Below, piece after piece: positions 59,741 through 64,000 of a stretch of DNA of 64,000 nucleotides. This DNA is from Minisyncoccia bacterium (lineage in GTDB: Bacteria > Patescibacteriota > Minisyncoccia > UBA6257 > JAAZHW01), in contig JBNASH010000035.1 of NCBI GenBank assembly GCA_049720475.1, forward strand, positions 20,015 through 84,014. The letters run 5' to 3'. How positions within the stretch are numbered: position 1 is the first letter of the stretch; each line of letters opens with the position of its first letter. A program made the translations under genes and the position numbers. The notes below the pieces were generated by a model. It was given only the letters and a program-made list of their open reading frames with translations, ran no database searches and was not told the origin of the DNA.

Positions 59741-59796
59741 TTAGAATCTATAATTTAGAAAGTAGAATTTAGAAGTTAGAATTTGGGATTTAGTAG
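59741..59796 (+). repeat. degenerate 7-bp tandem array (TTAGAAT-like, 8 units)
   Basis: ttagaat ctataat ttagaaa gtagaat ttagaag ttagaat ttgggat ttagtag. Confidence 0.75.
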
Positions 59797-59830
59797 GCCA
59801 ACGGATATCCTTTGGACATCCGTTGGCCTA
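59794..59830. repeat. strong inverted repeat/hairpin
   Basis: TAGGCCAACGGAT/ATCCGTTGGCCTA 13-bp perfect arms. Confidence 0.75.
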
Positions 59831-59839
59831 AAATTAAAT

Positions 59840-59863
59840 AAAAAAGGCGGCTACGCCGCCTTT
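59840..59863 (-). terminator. intrinsic terminator of the 93-aa ORF
   Basis: AAAGGCGGC-tac-GCCGCCTTT with T-run on the minus strand. Confidence 0.75.
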
Positions 59864-60143
59864 AGCTCAAAATTAAAATTATAATCACCACTAAAATAAC
59901 AACTTCTACGACAACAGTCACCGCTGGCCACCGTTCATAGCAATACCGGTGAAGTTCTTTCAATTTTCTAAAAACAAATGTTACTATTGAACAAATAACA
60001 TCAACTATAAACTGAAAAATAGCCTTAAACATTTTTCCCAATGCCCTATTTACTTCCTTGGTTTTGCCAAAAATAATGGCAAAACCATAAACTAAAATAA
60101 TCGGCAATAGGAAAAATGATAATAAATTTATCAGCTGTTGCAT
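59862..60143 (-). CDS. hypothetical small membrane protein (2-3 TM)
   Basis: SD AGGAGG 6 nt upstream, TTGACA-16-TATTAT promoter, own terminator. Confidence 0.75.
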   Translation of the reverse strand: MQQLINLLSFFLLPIILVYGFAIIFGKTKEVNRALGKMFKAIFQFIVDVICSIVTFVFRKLKELHRYCYERWPAVTVVVEVVILVVIIILILS

Positions 60144-60220
60144 TTTTATCCTCCTTTTTCAAGAATCTAATTTTATAATATAATTTTTTAAAAATTTGTC
60201 AATAATATAAAAATCTAATA

Positions 60221-60250
60221 AAAGAAAGCCCCCAACTTAGGTTGGGGGTT
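60221..60250 (-). terminator. intrinsic terminator of the 461-aa ORF
   Basis: GCCCCCAAC-ttag-GTTGGGGGT hairpin with T-rich tail on the minus strand. Confidence 0.75.
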
Positions 60251-60272
60251 GTTATTTTTATGCGTATTAGTA

Positions 60273-61658
60273 TTATGCGTAGTCTTGAGCTTTCAACACG
60301 ATCTTTTTACCTCTCTTCAATTCAACATCATACGCGTTTTTAGAATCAACCCTCTCTGTTTTTTGGGGGGTAATTTTGTAAACATACCACCCCCACTGTC
60401 TACCTTCTCCAGCACAATAATCAATTTGACTTTTAACCACCACTACTGCTACTTTCTTTCTGTAATCGATGGCCTTATCAATTACCTGAGCCTGAACATA
60501 AGGAATGTCGGAATTCGTGTAAGTGGGAATATTCAGAGGATAACCAGCCAAAATATAACTTGGCATAGTGGCGTTACGAGTTTCGGCTTTGAGAATCTTC
60601 TGAATTTCAGCTTCCACATGTCTCTTAAACTCTTCCTTTTCTTCAAGAGAAATTGATGTCGAATTATCTTCTCTCTCGGCTACTGAGAATGTATGCTTGA
60701 GAGAGAAATTATAATGGGAATTAATCAACACTACTTCAACCCGATCTTTGGTAATTTTAGATATGCGCACATCGTTGAAATTATAAGCTGGTCTGTCAGC
60801 ATGTTGATCATAAGCATCCCGCCATTTGTAATACGTCTTTGCTCTTTGACCATCCCTGAACACTATAACATCGTGACCATATTCAGAACCGCCGGAACCA
60901 TAATAGAACCATCTGGAAACAAGAAAAACAACTACCCTATGCTCGAGATCATAAGCTATTTTTACAATTTCATTATCAATTTCCTGAACCACTGCCCAAA
61001 ATTCTGGAAGAATCGAAAGAACAGGAGTTAGATCGAGCAAATTCAACTGCTCCATTATCTTTTTCTGCTCTTTCAAACATCGAATCTGATTTTCGATCTT
61101 TTCAAGTTGTTTCTGCAAATCTTCTTTCTGCTCATTCTGTTCTAAAAGTGCAGGGTATTTTTTTTGGATCTTTTTTAGAACTTCTACCTGAGCTTTTTTA
61201 AAATCTTCCGATGAAATTTCATATTGCCGATCACCGCAGAATGTCAGCCATTTTTCTAGTTCTAGAAACGTTATAACTCTTTCACCCTCGTGACAACCAC
61301 CACAAGTAGTAGGACGCTTGAAACTCCCGAAACCACCACATCCGTTGTAAATAGAAAGATTTTTAAGGCGAGACCCGATAATAATTTTCTCATCATCGGG
61401 CAGTTTTTTCATAGCCTGCAGACACTTTTCAAGCAACGCAAGTCGACTTTCTCTCCGACTATCTTTATATTTTTGCTGCCATTGAACAATTTCTTCTTGA
61501 AGGCTAGCGGGGAATCGTTTTTCAATTAGAATATTTCCCAAATTTTCAACCACATCGAAGTTTTCGAATTTTCTCAACTGTTCCTCAACTTTTTTGTACT
61601 GTGACTCGAGCTGAACAATTTTTTCCGTATAATCTTTTAAAGTTTTTAATTCGGCCAT
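60273..61658 (-). CDS. hypothetical coiled-coil protein with Cys/Gly motif and beta-rich C-terminus
   Basis: 461-aa ORF, SD AAGGAGG, NGCGGFG...TCGGCHEG motif, own terminator. Confidence 0.85.
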   Translation of the reverse strand: MAELKTLKDYTEKIVQLESQYKKVEEQLRKFENFDVVENLGNILIEKRFPASLQEEIVQWQQKYKDSRRESRLALLEKCLQAMKKLPDDEKIIIGSRLKNLSIYNGCGGFGSFKRPTTCGGCHEGERVITFLELEKWLTFCGDRQYEISSEDFKKAQVEVLKKIQKKYPALLEQNEQKEDLQKQLEKIENQIRCLKEQKKIMEQLNLLDLTPVLSILPEFWAVVQEIDNEIVKIAYDLEHRVVVFLVSRWFYYGSGGSEYGHDVIVFRDGQRAKTYYKWRDAYDQHADRPAYNFNDVRISKITKDRVEVVLINSHYNFSLKHTFSVAEREDNSTSISLEEKEEFKRHVEAEIQKILKAETRNATMPSYILAGYPLNIPTYTNSDIPYVQAQVIDKAIDYRKKVAVVVVKSQIDYCAGEGRQWGWYVYKITPQKTERVDSKNAYDVELKRGKKIVLKAQDYA

Positions 61659-61671
61659 GGTAAACCTCCTT

Positions 61672-61799
61672 GGCCTTACTACTCTTCTCTACTTAAACCA
61701 CTCCCTTTCGAGATTATGGCGAGAGAAGAGAGGCCGCTCACTTCGTGAGCAGTATAATGAACTGAATAATATTTTTCAGCTCAATATACTGCTCACGAA
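61672..61799 (-). promoter_or_regulatory. structured 5' leader (two long hairpins)
   Basis: TTCGTGAGCAGTATA/TATACTGCTCACGAA 15-bp stem (61742-61799); GGCCT..CTCTTCTCT/AGAGAAGAG..AGGCC stem (61672-61735) abutting the SD. Confidence 0.65.
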
Positions 61800-61959
61800 T
61801 AGTTTGGAAGGTTTCTTTAAAAAATATCCCTTATTAAATTTTTAAATAGCTCTGCCACAAATCTAAATGAGCAAAATTGTCGCTCAAAGAGAATTCCGAA
61901 AAAACGATAAACGTTAAAAGTATTGAAATGTTTTTTCTCAAAATTCTTTACACGATTTT

Positions 61960-61988
61960 ATTATAGCAAACAATATCCATTTTGTCAA
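61960..61988 (-). promoter_or_regulatory. consensus sigma70 promoter
   Basis: TTGACA-17-TATAAT with TG at the extended -10, minus strand. Confidence 0.8.
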
Positions 61989-62028
61989 GTCTATACATTT
62001 TGCCTCCAAAATGTTATAATAAAAATGT

Positions 62029-62286
62029 ATGAATAACTCTATGCCCGAAATGCATAAAATCGACAATCCTTATTTACAAACAGGATGGGATTTGTTATTG
62101 CAAAGAGACTTAATTAAAGAATCGGGAATGGATAAATTTGAATGGATTGAAAGATATTCGCCGCTTTTCCGCCAGCTGGTTGAAGAAAAAGCCGATGAAA
62201 TAAAAGAACTGATTAAAGATCCGGAACTTCTGAAAGAAACTTTCAAGAAATGGCTTTACGAAGATAAAGAAGAAACGATTCACTAA
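62029..62286 (+). CDS. hypothetical protein
   Basis: 85-aa ORF with TGTTATAAT 8 nt upstream of the ATG. Confidence 0.7.
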   Translation: MNNSMPEMHKIDNPYLQTGWDLLLQRDLIKESGMDKFEWIERYSPLFRQLVEEKADEIKELIKDPELLKETFKKWLYEDKEETIH

Positions 62287-62324
62287 TCTTTTTCTAATTT
62301 TTATTTCGCGGTATAATAAAAATA

Positions 62325-63263
62325 ATGCTTGTTATCAAAGAGCAAAATATTAAAACATTTTTAGAAAAACTATCGGAAAAATACCAAGTGTTTGATGTTC
62401 GGAATGATTTATTGCCTTTTAAACAATATTTTCTTCCACCTGAAGAAAAAATTTTTGAAAGACGAAAAAATAAAATAAAGGTGGCAGGAAAACCAAAGCC
62501 ATTGGTGCTTTTTGGATTAAATTTTTACGAACTTGAGGCCTTAAATCAACTGGATGAAATAATGGCGAAACCGATTGAAGATTATTTTTACTTTCAACGC
62601 CGCAATCAAAGTATTGTTATTGGTTTAATTGAAGAAGATATCGATAGTTTGCCAGGTGGCGAGATTGTTTTTCAAAAAATTAACAGCGATTCCTATCGCG
62701 TCTGGCTCAAAAGTAAAAAAGAAGAAAAATGGTTGAAAAAATACAAAAAAATTTTTGAAGAAGTAGAAAATATTGAGATTAGCTCTCCAATTTCACAAAA
62801 AAATGACGAATGGCATTTAGAAATGCGGCAATTACTCTTAGATCCCGAAAAATTAGCTAAAGCTGTTGAATGGTCAGAAAATCATCCGATTTGGGATGAA
62901 TTGGCAAAAACTTGTTTGGGTTGCGGCATTTGTACTTTTATGTGTCCTTTATGCTACTGTTTTTCCTGGGAAGATAATAAAACGCTTGATGGCAAAAGTT
63001 ATCGGATTCGTAAATGGACCGCTTGTACTTTAAACGATTTTGCTCTTGTTGCTGGCGGTCATAATTTCCGAAAAGAATTAAAACAACGCTATTATAATTG
63101 GTTTTATCATAAATTCGTCCGCGGTTATTATGAATGGGGAAAATCTCTTTGCGTTGGCTGCGGTCGTTGCCATAAAAATTGCCCAGCGCAAATTGATATT
63201 TTAAAAGTTTTAAAAACTATCTTAGCTGATTATGAAAAATCTCTATCTCCCAAAAATAGTTAA
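62325..63263 (+). CDS. 4Fe-4S dicluster protein, sulfhydrogenase beta (HydB)/AsrA-like
   Basis: LPFKQYFLPPEE, CLGCGICTFMCPLCYCF, GHNFR, WFYHKF, CVGCGRCHKNCP. Confidence 0.88.
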   Translation: MLVIKEQNIKTFLEKLSEKYQVFDVRNDLLPFKQYFLPPEEKIFERRKNKIKVAGKPKPLVLFGLNFYELEALNQLDEIMAKPIEDYFYFQRRNQSIVIGLIEEDIDSLPGGEIVFQKINSDSYRVWLKSKKEEKWLKKYKKIFEEVENIEISSPISQKNDEWHLEMRQLLLDPEKLAKAVEWSENHPIWDELAKTCLGCGICTFMCPLCYCFSWEDNKTLDGKSYRIRKWTACTLNDFALVAGGHNFRKELKQRYYNWFYHKFVRGYYEWGKSLCVGCGRCHKNCPAQIDILKVLKTILADYEKSLSPKNS

Positions 63264-64000
63264 AATTAAAGAAGTTAAAGAAGAATCGCCCACCGTTAAA
63301 CTTTTCCGACTCGAAAATAAATTTCCCAAAAACAAAGATGGAATGATTTTTATTCCTGGCCAATTCTTTTTAATTGGCGAAACGGGTTACGGCGAGGCTC
63401 CTTTTGGCGCCCTCTCCTCTCCTTATGAAAAAAAATATGTTGAATTCGCTATTCGCAAAGCCGGCAATGTCACTAATTATTTGCACACTCTTCAAGCCGG
63501 AGATTTAATCGAAATTCGCGGTCCTTATGGCAACGGTTTTCCAATTGATTTTATGAAAGAAAAAGACGTTGTTCTGGTTACTGGTGGCTGCGGCATCCCA
63601 CCGATCGCCTCTTTAATTGAATATATTATTGTCCATCGGGAACATTTTGGTAATGTCTATCTACTTTATGGCGCTAAAAGTCCTGAAGAATTATTACTAA
63701 AAGATCGCATTGAACACTGGAAAAAATCAATCAACGTTATTCTAACAATTGACAAACCCCACCCAAATTGGCAAGGTCCCGTTGGTTTTGTTTCGGATTT
63801 AGTAAAAGAAATTAAAATTAATGAATTAGATGCTGTCGCTGCTATGTGCGGTCCGGGCCCAATGATGGATGCTTTAGAAAAAATTTTAAAACCCCTGGGC
63901 ATTTCCGACCGTCGAATTTTTGTTAATATGGAAAGAAAAATGCAGTGCGGCATTGGCAAATGCCAACATTGCACGTGTGGCAAAAATTATGTTTGCTTAA
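63232..64000 (+). CDS. FAD/NAD-binding 2Fe-2S subunit, sulfhydrogenase gamma (HydG)/AsrB-like (partial, runs off window end)
   Basis: Not in ORF track. Manual translation from ATG 63232: MKNLYLPKIVKI...PGQF...GEAPF...IRGPYGNGF...GGCGIPP...YGAKSP...MCGPGPMM...ERKMQCGIGKCQHC. Confidence 0.9.
   Translation, partial: MKNLYLPKIVKIKEVKEESPTVKLFRLENKFPKNKDGMIFIPGQFFLIGETGYGEAPFGALSSPYEKKYVEFAIRKAGNVTNYLHTLQAGDLIEIRGPYGNGFPIDFMKEKDVVLVTGGCGIPPIASLIEYIIVHREHFGNVYLLYGAKSPEELLLKDRIEHWKKSINVILTIDKPHPNWQGPVGFVSDLVKEIKINELDAVAAMCGPGPMMDALEKILKPLGISDRRIFVNMERKMQCGIGKCQHCTCGKNYVCL

Noticed and set aside
59505-59741. ORFs 59505-59741(-) and 59516-59719(+)
   Set aside because: They overlap the tRNA and the GC-rich palindromic element; open frames are a by-product of GC content (SERSE/LPAGR-type translations).
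59523-59830. CRISPR array
   Set aside because: Only two copies of a tRNA-derived repeat 198 bp apart; no regular spacers and no cas genes in the window.
61289-61303. CGGCH as a cytochrome c heme-binding motif
   Set aside because: No signal peptide or maturation genes seen; the context fits a Zn-finger-like Cys/Gly motif or chance.
880-63983. Short antisense or overlapping ORFs in the track (e.g. 880-1101, 7616-8023, 27740-28204, 39186-39545, 47551-47853, 60249-60656, 63666-63983)
   Set aside because: Shadows of well-supported genes on the opposite strand or in another frame, with no motifs or expression signals.
1-64000. Alternative genetic code 25 (TGA=Gly)
   Set aside because: Long genes are intact under code 11, and several (truB, xer, nnrD, pmm) end at TGA at their expected C-termini.

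Overview
AT-rich, gene-dense bacterial chromosome segment using standard code 11 (TGA is a stop; tRNA-Trp is CCA). Gene content points to a Patescibacteria/CPR genome, probably Parcubacteria-like. This is an inference from the N-terminally truncated RF1, membrane-anchored Clp ATPase plus partner, sigma70-r4/HARE-HTH protein, split ComEC, coiled-coil lytic transglycosylase and SD-less housekeeping genes. Most of the window is housekeeping: tsf, rpsB, rpmG, rpmE, prfA, rplY, proS, cysS, truB, ileS, rpsL-rpsG-fusA, rbfA, ychF, rplS, clpP-tig-nusA, xer, rpsO-NYN-pnp, rpoBC, tgt/queH, EndoQ, thyX, nine tRNAs and the start of a probable group-3b hydrogenase operon. The most unusual items are five. 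(1) A 200-bp nested palindromic element at the tRNA-Leu(TAA) 3' end carries both a direct and an interrupted inverted copy of the tRNA 3' end and is followed by a 7-bp array. (2) A predicted 8-stranded outer-membrane beta-barrel gene sits in a lineage thought to lack an outer membrane. (3) A sugar nucleotidyltransferase is fused in frame to ParB. (4) A 1106-aa secreted protein has repeated internal signal-peptide-like AxA motifs. (5) Strong SD sites are confined to four accessory genes, two with long structured leaders, while core genes look leaderless. Several unannotated RNA switches (fusA 3' end, nusA leader, pnp leader) and a 57-aa ORF upstream of proS are also visible. All calls come from reading the sequence by eye; no searches were run.
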